DNA of 56,181 bases from a virus. Its lineage: Duplodnaviria; Heunggongvirae; Uroviricota; Caudoviricetes. The notes under the pieces are model-generated. The model had not been told where the DNA came from, made no database searches, and was given only the letters and a program-made list of their open reading frames with translations. Position numbers and translations under genes: made by a program. Positions 38,726 through 48,105 of this stretch are shown here, one piece after another. The stretch lies in the IMG/VR virus record IMGVR_UViG_2565956618_000007; one strand, given 5' to 3'. Positions within the stretch are counted from its first letter, which is position 1, and the number at the start of each line of letters is the position of its first letter.

Positions 38726-40221
38726 TGGCAAAAGGTATCTGGGTTTCACCCGATGAGTTCGTGGCGTTCACCGAACCCAAAAAATCACTGACCGCGCAGA
38801 TTGCCTCGCGCAGTCGCGCCATCGACTTTTACGCTCTGGGAATGTACCTGCCCAACCCTGATCCCATTCTCAAGGCTCAGGGACGGGATATCCGTATCTA
38901 CCGCGAACTGCGCACCGACCCGCTGGTCGGGGGCTGTATCCGCAGACGTAAAGCAGCGCTCAAATCACTGGAGCGTGGACTGGAGCGCGGTCACGCTTCT
39001 GCCCGGGTCTTCCGTTTCATCCGCGACATGCTCGACGATCTGGATCTGTCCCGCATCATCGGTGAGATGAGCGATGCCGTGCTCTACGGGTATCAGCCCT
39101 GTGAAATCATGTGGGGCCGTTCGGTCAGGGCGTGGGCGGTGACGGATATTGTCGGCAAACCGCCTGAGTGGTTTCAGTTTGATACGGACAACTGCCTGCG
39201 CTTCCGGGCGCGTGATGCGGGTGTGGAGGGTGAGCTGCTGTCACCGTCAAAATTCGTGGTGCCGGCACAGGATGCCTCGTATGACAATCCTTACGGTTTC
39301 CCTGACCTGTCCATGTGCTTCTGGCCGGTCGCCTTCAAGAAAGGCGGGATGAAATTCTGGCTCCGCTTTGCCGAAAAGTTTGGCTCCCCATGGGTGATCG
39401 GTAAGCACCCGAGGGGTGCAAATGATGCAGAGATTGAAAAACTGCTGGACTCCATGGAGCAGATGGTGGAGGACGCGGTGGCCGCCATCCCCGATGACAG
39501 CAGCATCGAACTCAAAGCCGCGGATGGCAAGGCGGACAGCAGCGAGGTATTCCGCGAGCTGATCACGCTGTCACGCAGTGAGATCTCCATTGCATTACTC
39601 GGTCAGAATCAGACCACGGAAGCGAACAGTAACAAGGCCTCTGCACAGGCCGGGCTGGAGGTAACGGCTGATATCCGCGATGCGGATGCGGACATCATTC
39701 AGGCGGCAGTGAATCAGGTCATCAGAACGGTGGTCACCCTGAACTTCGGCGATGTGCCGTGTCCGGTCTGGGCCATGTGGGAACAGGAGGCCATTGATGA
39801 CACCCGTGCCACCCGCGACGAAAAACTCACCCGGGCGGGTCTGCGTCTGACCCCGCAATACTTCAAGCGTGAGTACCAGCTGCAGGACGGCGATATTGAC
39901 GAGACACCACCGTCAGAACGCGAGAAGAACATGCTGCCGCTGTCATTTGCCGAGGCGATTGATGCCGATATTCAGGCTCAGCAGCAGCTTGACGACGCGC
40001 TGGACATTCTGATGAACGGAGGTGTGTTAAATGGCACGCTGGAACCCGTCCTGGCACCTCTGTTTAAGCGGGTCGAAAACGGGGTTAACCCGTCTGAGCT
40101 GCTGGGCGAACTGGCGGAGCTCTACCCTCAGATGAACACGGACGATCTGCAGGAACGGCTGGCCCGCATTCTCTTTGTGGCAAATATCTGGGGGCGTCTG
40201 CATGAGCGTGACAACGGCTGA
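38725..40221 (+). CDS. Portal protein (Mu gp29-like, DUF935)
   Basis: 498-aa ORF between terminase and F-like gene. Confidence 0.8.
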   Translation: MAKGIWVSPDEFVAFTEPKKSLTAQIASRSRAIDFYALGMYLPNPDPILKAQGRDIRIYRELRTDPLVGGCIRRRKAALKSLERGLERGHASARVFRFIRDMLDDLDLSRIIGEMSDAVLYGYQPCEIMWGRSVRAWAVTDIVGKPPEWFQFDTDNCLRFRARDAGVEGELLSPSKFVVPAQDASYDNPYGFPDLSMCFWPVAFKKGGMKFWLRFAEKFGSPWVIGKHPRGANDAEIEKLLDSMEQMVEDAVAAIPDDSSIELKAADGKADSSEVFRELITLSRSEISIALLGQNQTTEANSNKASAQAGLEVTADIRDADADIIQAAVNQVIRTVVTLNFGDVPCPVWAMWEQEAIDDTRATRDEKLTRAGLRLTPQYFKREYQLQDGDIDETPPSEREKNMLPLSFAEAIDADIQAQQQLDDALDILMNGGVLNGTLEPVLAPLFKRVENGVNPSELLGELAELYPQMNTDDLQERLARILFVANIWGRLHERDNG

Positions 40222-41023
40222 ACTGGCGTACTGCATGACGCTTCCCCCGAAGCGGGCAGTCAGTTACCTGAAGTCCAAAGGGTATCAGATTACCTGGGAC
40301 TGGGAAGAAATGTGGCAGGAAGCCCATGCCCGCGCCTTTACCGTCGCTAAAGTGACCCGCCTGGATATTCTGGAAGATATTCGCGGGGCACTGCAGCAGG
40401 CTGTCGATGAAGGAAAAACCGATCGCTGGTTCCGGCAGGAGCTGGAGCCGGTGCTGAAGCGTAAGGGATGGTGGGGACCACGTGACACGACTGACCCGGT
40501 AACGGGTGAGCCGGTCACCATTCAGCAGGGCAGTCCGTGGCGGCTCGATACCATCTTTCGCACCAATATGTCCGTACTCTACAGCGCCGGTCGTTGGGCG
40601 GAACAGATGGAAAACGTCGACGACAGGCCGTACTGGATGTATACCGGCATCAACGACAGCCATACCCGCAGGAGCCATCTGGCGCTGCATGGTCTGGTGC
40701 TGCGCTGGGATGACCCGTTCTGGCAGGCATTTTACCCGCCGAACGGCTGGCGCTGCCGCTGTAGTGTGATTGCCCTGAGTGCGGCGGATGTACGTGCCCG
40801 TGGCCTGAAGGTTATCAGCTCCGGCTCTGCCATGGGCCAGGAACTGAAACTGGTCTCAGAGAAAACCGGCGAAATGCGGAACGTGGCCACCTTTAATACC
40901 GGCACTACGAAGGTGACCACCGACGTCGGCTGGTCTTATGCACCGGGGGCAGCATACCGTCCCGACCTGGCCCGCTATCAGGGTACGCTTCAGCCACTGG
41001 CACAACAGGAACTGAGAGGATAA
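40202..41023 (+). CDS. Head morphogenesis protein (Mu F-like)
   Basis: ATG at 40202 overlapping the portal stop; about 273-aa product with C-terminal …GWRCRCSVIA… region typical of Mu F/SPP1 gp7 family. Confidence 0.75.
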   Translation: MSVTTAELAYCMTLPPKRAVSYLKSKGYQITWDWEEMWQEAHARAFTVAKVTRLDILEDIRGALQQAVDEGKTDRWFRQELEPVLKRKGWWGPRDTTDPVTGEPVTIQQGSPWRLDTIFRTNMSVLYSAGRWAEQMENVDDRPYWMYTGINDSHTRRSHLALHGLVLRWDDPFWQAFYPPNGWRCRCSVIALSAADVRARGLKVISSGSAMGQELKLVSEKTGEMRNVATFNTGTTKVTTDVGWSYAPGAAYRPDLARYQGTLQPLAQQELRG

Positions 41024-41025
41024 CA

Positions 41026-41484
41026 ATGGCTTCCGATAACCTGGTCAGTATCACCATTAACGATAAATCCCTGCGCCGGAGCCTCCGTGCGCTGGATCTG
41101 GCTGCCACAGACCTGGAGCCCGCGATGCGCAAAATCGCCGGAACCCTGCTGGCGGAAACACAGTTTAACTTTCTTGATGAGGGGCGTCCGGGGTGGATGC
41201 CCTCGCTGGCAGCGGAAGAACGTGACGGGCAGACACTGCAGGATACCGGGCGTCTGATGGGGTCAGTATCAACCGACCATGACGACCGGCAGGCTGTTGT
41301 GGGGACCAACGTTGTTTACGGTACCATTCACCAGTTCGGGGGTAAAACGGGGCGTAATGAGTCTGTTGAACTTCCGGCCCGCCCGTTCCTGCCGGTGACG
41401 GGGGATGGAGAACTACAGCCTGAAGTGGTAATCCCCATCCTCGATACCATTGTCCGCCATCTTGAATCAGCGGCCCGTCGCTGA
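41026..41484 (+). CDS. Virion morphogenesis protein (Mu G-like)
   Basis: 152-aa ORF after the F-like gene. Confidence 0.7.
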   Translation: MASDNLVSITINDKSLRRSLRALDLAATDLEPAMRKIAGTLLAETQFNFLDEGRPGWMPSLAAEERDGQTLQDTGRLMGSVSTDHDDRQAVVGTNVVYGTIHQFGGKTGRNESVELPARPFLPVTGDGELQPEVVIPILDTIVRHLESAARR

Positions 41485-41530
41485 GTTTTCTCTCTTCAGG
41501 CGGGTGATTTATCATTGCCAGCGAATGAGG

Positions 41531-41562
41531 GGCTGTATTACCTTTATAAAGGCTTTACAGCC
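41531..41562 (+). promoter_or_regulatory. Inverted repeat GGCTGTA-N18-TACAGCC in the intergenic region upstream of the I-like gene (candidate late-promoter element or weak terminator)
   Basis: 7-bp arms read directly; lies in the only sizeable gap (about 214 bp) within the head operon, where Mu carries its P_I late promoter. Confidence 0.3.
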
Positions 41563-41698
41563 TCTGTTTTATAACCGCTTCCGGTTCACCGCATTGCTTT
41601 CCCTGTCCTTCTCCCCTGATGTTTTCTAAAGCAGATTAAAATCGCCGGGCCTGCATTTCTCACAAACTGTCTCCGACAACATAACGCGGGACAGCAAA

Positions 41699-42814
41699 AT
41701 GTCAGCCATTCACATTTTTAAAGCCGGTACTCATACCGATATGCACGGCAAAAAACTGCCGTTCACGCCAGACGATCTTGCCGCCTGCGTGAAAGCCTAT
41801 GACCCGTCCGTCCATGAAGCACCACTCGTGATTGGTCATCCCAGAACGGAAGACCCGGCGTGGGGCTGGGTGAAAGCCCTGTCGCTCAGCGGCGTCGATC
41901 TGATGGCAGAGCCTGCCCAGCTGGACCCGCAGTTTGCTGAGATGGTCACCAACGGACGATTCAAAAAAGTGTCCGCCTCTTTCTACCTCCCGGATTCACC
42001 GTCCAATCCGAAGCCCGGCGTGCTCTACCTGCGCCATGTGGGCTTTCTCGGGGCACAGCCACCTTCCGTCAAGGGGCTGAAACAGGTGTCCTTCAGTGAG
42101 CAGGAAGAAGGTGTGGTGGAGTTCGCCGACTGGCAGGCCATCACGAATGCCTCCCTGTGGGGAAAGCTGCGCGATTTTCTGATCGCCCGCTTCAGTCTGG
42201 ACGAAGCAGAAAAAGTCCTGCCGGAATGGCAGCTCAACAATCTGCGCGAAGAGGCGTACCGCGACGCACCGTCGCAGGATGCAGCAGGTGCACAATTCAG
42301 TGAGACAGGCCAGGTGCCGTCTTCCGCAAGTAACGAGGAATCATCGATGACAAAAGAAGAGATTGAAGCCCTTCAGGAGGAGAACCGCCGCCTGAAGCAG
42401 CAGGCTGCTGATCGCGATGCGCGTGATGCACAGGCCAGACAGGAGCAACTGCATAAGGACAATGTGGCCTTTGCAGAAAAACTGGTCGCAGAGGGGCGTC
42501 TGGCTCCCCGCGCCTCCTCCGTGGTGGTTGCCCTGCTGGATGCCGTCGCCGGTGGCGACAAGCCGGTGGAGTTTGCTGAGGGGGAAAGCCGCACGCCGCT
42601 GGCCACCGCCTTCCGTTCATTGCTCTCCGACGGGGAGCCGGTGATGAATTTCGCCGAACAGGCCACAAAGGAGCGTGTCGGCGACACGGTGAAGGTGGAT
42701 GTGGCGGAGTTTGCGGAAGCCGATCCTGAGCGTCTGGCCCTGCATCAGAAAGCAGTGGCCCTGTCCAAAAAAGAAGGCATCAGCTATGAGGCTGCTGTCG
42801 CACGCTGCCTGTAA
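41699..42814 (+). CDS. Head maturation protease / scaffold (Mu I-like)
   Basis: 371-aa product with N-terminal protease-like domain and charged, coiled-coil-rich C-terminal scaffold region; precedes the major capsid gene. Confidence 0.75.
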   Translation: MSAIHIFKAGTHTDMHGKKLPFTPDDLAACVKAYDPSVHEAPLVIGHPRTEDPAWGWVKALSLSGVDLMAEPAQLDPQFAEMVTNGRFKKVSASFYLPDSPSNPKPGVLYLRHVGFLGAQPPSVKGLKQVSFSEQEEGVVEFADWQAITNASLWGKLRDFLIARFSLDEAEKVLPEWQLNNLREEAYRDAPSQDAAGAQFSETGQVPSSASNEESSMTKEEIEALQEENRRLKQQAADRDARDAQARQEQLHKDNVAFAEKLVAEGRLAPRASSVVVALLDAVAGGDKPVEFAEGESRTPLATAFRSLLSDGEPVMNFAEQATKERVGDTVKVDVAEFAEADPERLALHQKAVALSKKEGISYEAAVARCL

Positions 42815-42828
42815 TTTAAGGAGAAATC

Positions 42829-43782
42829 ATGTCTGATTACTTAAAAGGTAAACGTGTCGTTGATCCGGTACTGACCAGTATCGCCCGAGGCTATAAAAAT
42901 GCCGCATTCATTGGCGAACGTATTTTCCCCGTCGTGCTGACGGACAAGGAAGGCGTGCGTGTGCCGACCTTCGGGAAAACCGCCTTTGTGGAATATGACA
43001 CTGAGCGTGCCGTCGGGGCGGACAGCAATGTTCTGGTCCGTGAGAAAACCGGCACACTGGATCTGGTGCTGGGTGAACACGATCTGGCAGCACCGGTGGA
43101 TTACCGCGAACAGGCGGAGTCCATGTTTAACGAAGAGAGCAAGGCCATCCGTCGCGCCACGAATGGCGTGAACCTGCGCCGTGAACTTATCGCCGCCCGT
43201 CTGGCTCAGGATCAAAAGGTCTACCGTACCGGGCACGTTAAAAAACTGACAGCCAGTGATCGCTGGGCCGGTGGTAAGGGGGACCCCATCGGGGTGATTG
43301 AAGCCGGTATGGAAGCGGTCCGTACGGCCACGGGGCTGCGTCCTAACCTGATGACCATGGGTGCCGGCGTGATGGCGCTGCTGAAGTTCCATCCGGCACT
43401 TCAGGCTGCCATCGGAGCCAACGAACGCAAGCGCATCACCACAGAAATCCTGCAGGACCTCTTTCAGATCGAAGAGATCGTCATCGGTGCGCCTGTCTCC
43501 CTGCCGTCCATGAAAGCGGCAATGGATAAGGACAGCGTGCCGGCGGATATCTGGGGAGACAACCTGATGCTGCACTATGTCGGCAAACCGCAGCCCGGGG
43601 CGGACAGCGCGGACGAGAACGAGCCGTCCTTCGGCTACACCCTGCGTCGTAAGGGGATGCCTGTTGCTGACAAATACGACGGAGCCGGTGGCAAGGTGAA
43701 GTACTGCCGTTATACCGATATCTACAAAGTCGCCGTGGTTGGTGGCGATGCCGGGTATCTCATCACCGGTATCAGTAAATAA
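42829..43782 (+). CDS. Major capsid protein (Mu T-like)
   Basis: 317-aa ORF with RBS AAGGAGA, directly after the protease/scaffold. Confidence 0.8.
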   Translation: MSDYLKGKRVVDPVLTSIARGYKNAAFIGERIFPVVLTDKEGVRVPTFGKTAFVEYDTERAVGADSNVLVREKTGTLDLVLGEHDLAAPVDYREQAESMFNEESKAIRRATNGVNLRRELIAARLAQDQKVYRTGHVKKLTASDRWAGGKGDPIGVIEAGMEAVRTATGLRPNLMTMGAGVMALLKFHPALQAAIGANERKRITTEILQDLFQIEEIVIGAPVSLPSMKAAMDKDSVPADIWGDNLMLHYVGKPQPGADSADENEPSFGYTLRRKGMPVADKYDGAGGKVKYCRYTDIYKVAVVGGDAGYLITGISK

Positions 43783-43791
43783 GGAGGCGTT

Positions 43792-44130
43792 ATGGGAACC
43801 ACTCAGCAGGTCATTCTGATCACAACCGTAACGGCAGGGGCCGCACTGACACAGCAGCGTTTTGTCGGGGCAGATAATACCCCCTGTAAAGCCGGTGCCG
43901 CAGCGCTCGGGGTTGCCGAAGTGGATGCTGTTACCGGCGACAGCACGCCGGTGAGCGTTCTGGGCATTATTGCTGTCGAGGCCGGGGCCGCTGTCAGCCG
44001 TGGTGTGGCTGTTCAGTCAGATGCTCAGGCCAGAGCCGTGCCGCAGTCCGGCGACGGTAAATCCTGTGGTATTGCACTTGATGAAGCCGGGGGTGAAGGC
44101 GACGTCATTCGTATCCTGCGCGGGGTGTGA
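43792..44130 (+). CDS. Small head-associated hypothetical protein
   Basis: 112-aa Gly/Ala/Val-rich ORF with RBS AAGGAGG. Confidence 0.55.
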   Translation: MGTTQQVILITTVTAGAALTQQRFVGADNTPCKAGAAALGVAEVDAVTGDSTPVSVLGIIAVEAGAAVSRGVAVQSDAQARAVPQSGDGKSCGIALDEAGGEGDVIRILRGV

Positions 44131-44131
44131 C

Positions 44132-44578
44132 ATGTACTGCACCCTGGAGGATTTGCTTGCGCAGGTGCCGGAGCGGACGCTTATCGAACTCACCAGTGAA
44201 GAGATGGACTTCGACTCGCCTGCAACAGTGAATACCCGTGTGGTGGACAGCTGTATCCGCTATGCCGACGAGCTGATTGATGCCCATCTGCGCGGACGCT
44301 ATATCCTGCCACTGGCAGAGATACCGACTGTTCTGCGGGACATTGCCATCACGCTGGTCCGTTACCGGCTCTACGCCCGCCGCCCGGAAGGTGACCTCCC
44401 GGATACGGTGAAGGATGACCACAAAGAAGCGCTGCGGCAACTCAGGGAGTTACGTGATAACAGGCTCACGCTGGGGCTGCCGTCCACTCAGAAAGATGTG
44501 CCTGAGCCTGGCGAGTTTCGTGTACGCAGTCGCCCGGCCACTTTCGGCGGTCGTGACGGTTTACTGGAGAAATACTGA
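44132..44578 (+). CDS. Mu gp36-like protein (DUF1320)
   Basis: 148-aa product from ATG at 44132, just after the upstream stop. Confidence 0.6.
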   Translation: MYCTLEDLLAQVPERTLIELTSEEMDFDSPATVNTRVVDSCIRYADELIDAHLRGRYILPLAEIPTVLRDIAITLVRYRLYARRPEGDLPDTVKDDHKEALRQLRELRDNRLTLGLPSTQKDVPEPGEFRVRSRPATFGGRDGLLEKY

Positions 44579-45042
44579 TGAACGTTCTGCCCGTCCTTGA
44601 TGCGGTACTGGCCCGGTTACGCGAGAAGCTGCCGCAACTGCAGGTGGAGTACTTCCCGGAGAAACCGGCTGAATATCGCCTGAACCATCCGGTTGGCGCG
44701 TTGCTGTTGAGCTATGCCGGTTCGCGCTTTGACAGGCCGGATGATACCGGTGCGGTGATCCAGTCTCAGACTATCCAGCTCTGCGTCACGGTGGTCTTCC
44801 GCCAGCTCAACGGTAAAAAAGGGGCGATTAATGTCCTGGATGCTGTCCGCCGCATTCTCGGTGGCCACACCCCGCCCGGCTGCCGCCGCCGTATCTGGCT
44901 GACCCGCGAGGTGTTTATCGGTGAAGTCAGGGGGCTGTGGCAGTACGCCCTCGACTTCGCGACTGAAAGCGTCTTTATCGAAGACAGCGATTTACCGTCC
45001 GGCCCGCTGTTAACCGAAGTGAACTATGAGGAAAGCGAGTGA
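44578..45042 (+). CDS. Mu gp37-like protein (DUF1834)
   Basis: 154-aa ORF with overlapping stop/start. Confidence 0.6.
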   Translation: MNVLPVLDAVLARLREKLPQLQVEYFPEKPAEYRLNHPVGALLLSYAGSRFDRPDDTGAVIQSQTIQLCVTVVFRQLNGKKGAINVLDAVRRILGGHTPPGCRRRIWLTREVFIGEVRGLWQYALDFATESVFIEDSDLPSGPLLTEVNYEESE

Positions 45043-45293
45043 TGAAAGAATACCGCTATTCCGGCCCGGCCAGCGGCGTCACGCTGTCGGACGGAACCGA
45101 AATCCTGCTCTGGCCGGGGAAGACGGTTTCCCTGCCGGAGGAGCATGACTACGTGAAGGTACTGGTGGCGCTGAAACATCTGACGCCGGTACCTGAAGAG
45201 ACTAAACCCGCCGGCACACCGGCTGTGCAGTCACCAAAGCGCAGAAGCAGCAGTGACAGCGAAGTGAAAACGGAGGACACCCATGGCAGCTAA
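45039..45293 (+). CDS. Small hypothetical protein (Mu gp38 position)
   Basis: 84-aa ORF between gp37-like and the sheath gene. Confidence 0.55.
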   Translation: MMKEYRYSGPASGVTLSDGTEILLWPGKTVSLPEEHDYVKVLVALKHLTPVPEETKPAGTPAVQSPKRRSSSDSEVKTEDTHGS

Positions 45294-46710
45294 CTATCTG
45301 CATGGTCCCGAAACCATTGAGGTGGAAAACGGTGCCCGCCCGGTTAAAACGGTGAAATCTGCCGTTATTGGCCTGATTGGTACCGCCCCGATGGGGGATG
45401 TCAATACGCTGGTACAGTGCCTGTCTGAGAAAGACGCAGCGGCATTTGGCAGCCAGTTCACCGGCTTTACCATTCCGCAGGCGCTGGATGCGATTTATGA
45501 CCATGGTGCAGGCACCGTTCTGGTCATTAACGTCCTCGACCCGGCGAAACATAAAACGGCGATCGAGGATGAGGTGGTTACCTTTGACAAATCGACAGGG
45601 CAGGCCAGACTGGCGCATCCGGTTGTCGCTAATGTGGTGGTGAAAAACAGTGAAGGCAGCACCACCCACACGGCGAACACGGACTACCGTGTTGATGCGC
45701 AGGCGGGTGTGCTCACGAACCTGGGCAAGGCTATTGAGGCCGGTGGCAGCGTGAAGGTGAGCTATGAGTACGCGGACCCGTCGAAGGTGACTGCGGCGGA
45801 CATCATCGGCGGGGTGAACAGCGCCGGAAACCGAACCGGCATGAAGCTGCTTAACGACAGCTTCAACCTGTACGGCTATTTCGCCAAAATTCTGATTGCG
45901 CCGGTGTTCTGCACCCAGAAGAGTGTCGCAGTTGAGCTTATCGCCATGGCAGAGAAGCTGGGCGCGGTAACCTACATTGATGCGCCTGTCGGTACCACCT
46001 TTGCACAGGCTCTGGCAGGTCGTGGCCCGGAAGGCACCATCAACTTCAATACCAGCTCCGACCGCGTCCGTCTGTGCTATCCGCATGTGAAGGTATATGA
46101 CCCGGTGACAAACACAGAGCGTCTGGAGCCGCTCAGCCAGCGTGCAGCAGGTCTGCGTGCCAGAGTCGATCTGGACAAGGGCTACTGGTGGTCATCCTCC
46201 AATCAGGAGATTCTGGGGATCACCGGCGTGGAGCGCCAGCTGTCCGCGATGATTGATGACCCGCAGAGTGAGGTGAACCTGCTTAACGAACAGGGGATCA
46301 CCACGGTATTCAGCAGTTACGGCAGCGGCCTTCGTCTGTGGGGTAACCGGACGGCAGCATGGCCAACGGTCACCCATATGCGTAACTTTGAGAACGTTCG
46401 CCGCACCGGTGATGTGATCAACGAGTCCATTCGTTATTTCAGCCAGCAGTACATCGACATGCCGATTACTCAGGCGCTGATTGATGCACTGACGGAGTCG
46501 GTCAACGCCTACGGTCGCAAAATGACTGGTGATGGTGCGGTACTGGGCTTCCGTTGCTGGTTTGATCCGGCCCGCAATCCGGAGACGGAGCTGGCCGCCG
46601 GGCACCTGTTGCTGAGCTACAAATATACGCCACCACCGCCGCTGGAGCGACTGACGTTTGAGACTGAGATCACCTCGGAATACCTGTTAACCCTGAAAGG
46701 GGGCAACTGA
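45283..46710 (+). CDS. Contractile tail sheath protein (Mu L-like)
   Basis: 475-aa ORF followed by the tube gene. Confidence 0.8.
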   Translation: MAANYLHGPETIEVENGARPVKTVKSAVIGLIGTAPMGDVNTLVQCLSEKDAAAFGSQFTGFTIPQALDAIYDHGAGTVLVINVLDPAKHKTAIEDEVVTFDKSTGQARLAHPVVANVVVKNSEGSTTHTANTDYRVDAQAGVLTNLGKAIEAGGSVKVSYEYADPSKVTAADIIGGVNSAGNRTGMKLLNDSFNLYGYFAKILIAPVFCTQKSVAVELIAMAEKLGAVTYIDAPVGTTFAQALAGRGPEGTINFNTSSDRVRLCYPHVKVYDPVTNTERLEPLSQRAAGLRARVDLDKGYWWSSSNQEILGITGVERQLSAMIDDPQSEVNLLNEQGITTVFSSYGSGLRLWGNRTAAWPTVTHMRNFENVRRTGDVINESIRYFSQQYIDMPITQALIDALTESVNAYGRKMTGDGAVLGFRCWFDPARNPETELAAGHLLLSYKYTPPPPLERLTFETEITSEYLLTLKGGN

Positions 46711-47231
46711 TGTCAAAGATTGAGATAAACCGCATCACGAATGCCAACATCTATCTGGATGGTACTAACCTGCTGGGACGGGCTGAGGAAGTTAAACTCC
46801 CCGATGTCTCCATGATTATGCAGGAACACAAGGCGCTGGGGATGGTGGGTAAGGTGGAACTCCCGGCTGGTTTTGACAAACTGGAAGGCGAAATCAAATG
46901 GAACAGCTTTTACCGCGATGCGATGCTGTCTGCCGCGAACCCGTACAGGTCGCTGGCACTGCAGTGTCGTTCCAGCGTCCAGCGCTACAGCTCGCAGGGG
47001 CTGATTGACGAAATCCCGCTGGTCACCTTCCTGACGATTATGTTCAAGAAGAACCCGCTGGGGACGTTCAAACAGCACGAGAACGCCGAGTTCTCCAGTA
47101 GCTTCACCTGCACGTATATCAGACAGGTACTGGATGGTGAAGAGCTGCTGCAACTGGACTATCTGGCCAACATCTTCCGGGTCGGCGGTGTTGATCAACT
47201 GACTGACTACCGTATCAATATCGGGGGCTGA
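46710..47231 (+). CDS. Tail tube protein (Mu M / P2 FII-like)
   Basis: 173-aa ORF directly after the sheath. Confidence 0.8.
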   Translation: MSKIEINRITNANIYLDGTNLLGRAEEVKLPDVSMIMQEHKALGMVGKVELPAGFDKLEGEIKWNSFYRDAMLSAANPYRSLALQCRSSVQRYSSQGLIDEIPLVTFLTIMFKKNPLGTFKQHENAEFSSSFTCTYIRQVLDGEELLQLDYLANIFRVGGVDQLTDYRINIGG

Positions 47232-47281
47232 CGGTGAGTGTTGAACTGACGGATAAAGGAGGACGATGTGCGGCACTGGGC

Positions 47282-47515
47282 ATGTCAAATGGTACGTGGT
47301 TTACCCTCCTTGATATTCCGGGGGTGGAAACCCTTTTTAATACCCGTAAAACCAATGACCCGATTGACTGCACACGTTCAAAGGCCCGCAAACTGGCGGA
47401 TTTGATTGAAGCATGGGAGCCTCCCGACCACTGGTTCTCCGGCATCGGCAAATCTGAGGGAAAGACGCTTCTCATCGCTTTCCTGCGTAACTGCAAGGGG
47501 TTTCGCACTTGCTGA
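47282..47515 (+). CDS. Small hypothetical protein
   Basis: 77-aa product from internal Met with RBS AAAGGAGGA upstream. Confidence 0.45.
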   Translation: MSNGTWFTLLDIPGVETLFNTRKTNDPIDCTRSKARKLADLIEAWEPPDHWFSGIGKSEGKTLLIAFLRNCKGFRTC

Positions 47516-47612
47516 CATCACAGGGGCTCCGGCCCCTTCTTCTTAATCTCCTTTAATATCCGTCACGCGCTTCTCCCGACATACTGCCCTGAACTTACAC
47601 AGGAGCACAATC

Positions 47613-47948
47613 ATGTCACAGACCCCATCCGATACTTTTAAATTGTCTTATCCCTTCACCACTGCTGCAGGTACCAGAATTGAGCTGGTTGAACTGAAAC
47701 GCCTGACGGTAAAAGACCTGAAGCAGGTGCGCAAAATCAGCAAAAACCCGGCAGACTGGGACGAACCGCTGATTGCCCGCAGTACTGGTCTTCTCCCGGA
47801 AGATCTCGACAATATGGATCTGGCTGATTACCTGCAGTTACAGAAACGATTTCAGCTCATCACGGGGATGGGTGAGAGCAACCAGGGCGCTGACGCAGGC
47901 GCAGGGGCTGCTGGCGAGATGGTTCCGGTTTCAGCCGGGGGAGATTGA
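47613..47948 (+). CDS. Tail assembly chaperone (zero-frame product)
   Basis: 111-aa acidic ORF with RBS CAGGAG, between tube and tape measure. Confidence 0.65.
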   Translation: MSQTPSDTFKLSYPFTTAAGTRIELVELKRLTVKDLKQVRKISKNPADWDEPLIARSTGLLPEDLDNMDLADYLQLQKRFQLITGMGESNQGADAGAGAAGEMVPVSAGGD

Positions 47949-48030
47949 TGCCCTCGATACTGACGATCTGGAGATGTGGCTGGAGCAGGCTGAAGAGCAA
48001 ATAAAAAGCGAGTACGGCGACAAATCATAG
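47613..48030 (+). other. Putative frameshift-extended tail assembly chaperone (+1 frame continuation ending at 48030)
   Basis: A second ORF overlaps the chaperone 3' end in the +1 frame and encodes an acidic tail (…QPGEIDALDTDDLEMWLEQAEEQIKSEYGDKS); overlap includes a G-run (CCGGGGGAG). Confidence 0.35.
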
Positions 48031-48105
48031 TACAGACAGCCGCCAGTAGCGGCTGTTCTGCGTTATCCCCTCACGTCTTTTCACCTTCCCCGGAGGTTAA
48101 CCACT

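Noticed and set aside
42297-42687. Pro/Arg/Ala-rich minus-strand ORFs inside the protease/scaffold gene
   Set aside because: Typical antisense ORFs of GC-rich coding sequence; low-complexity products.
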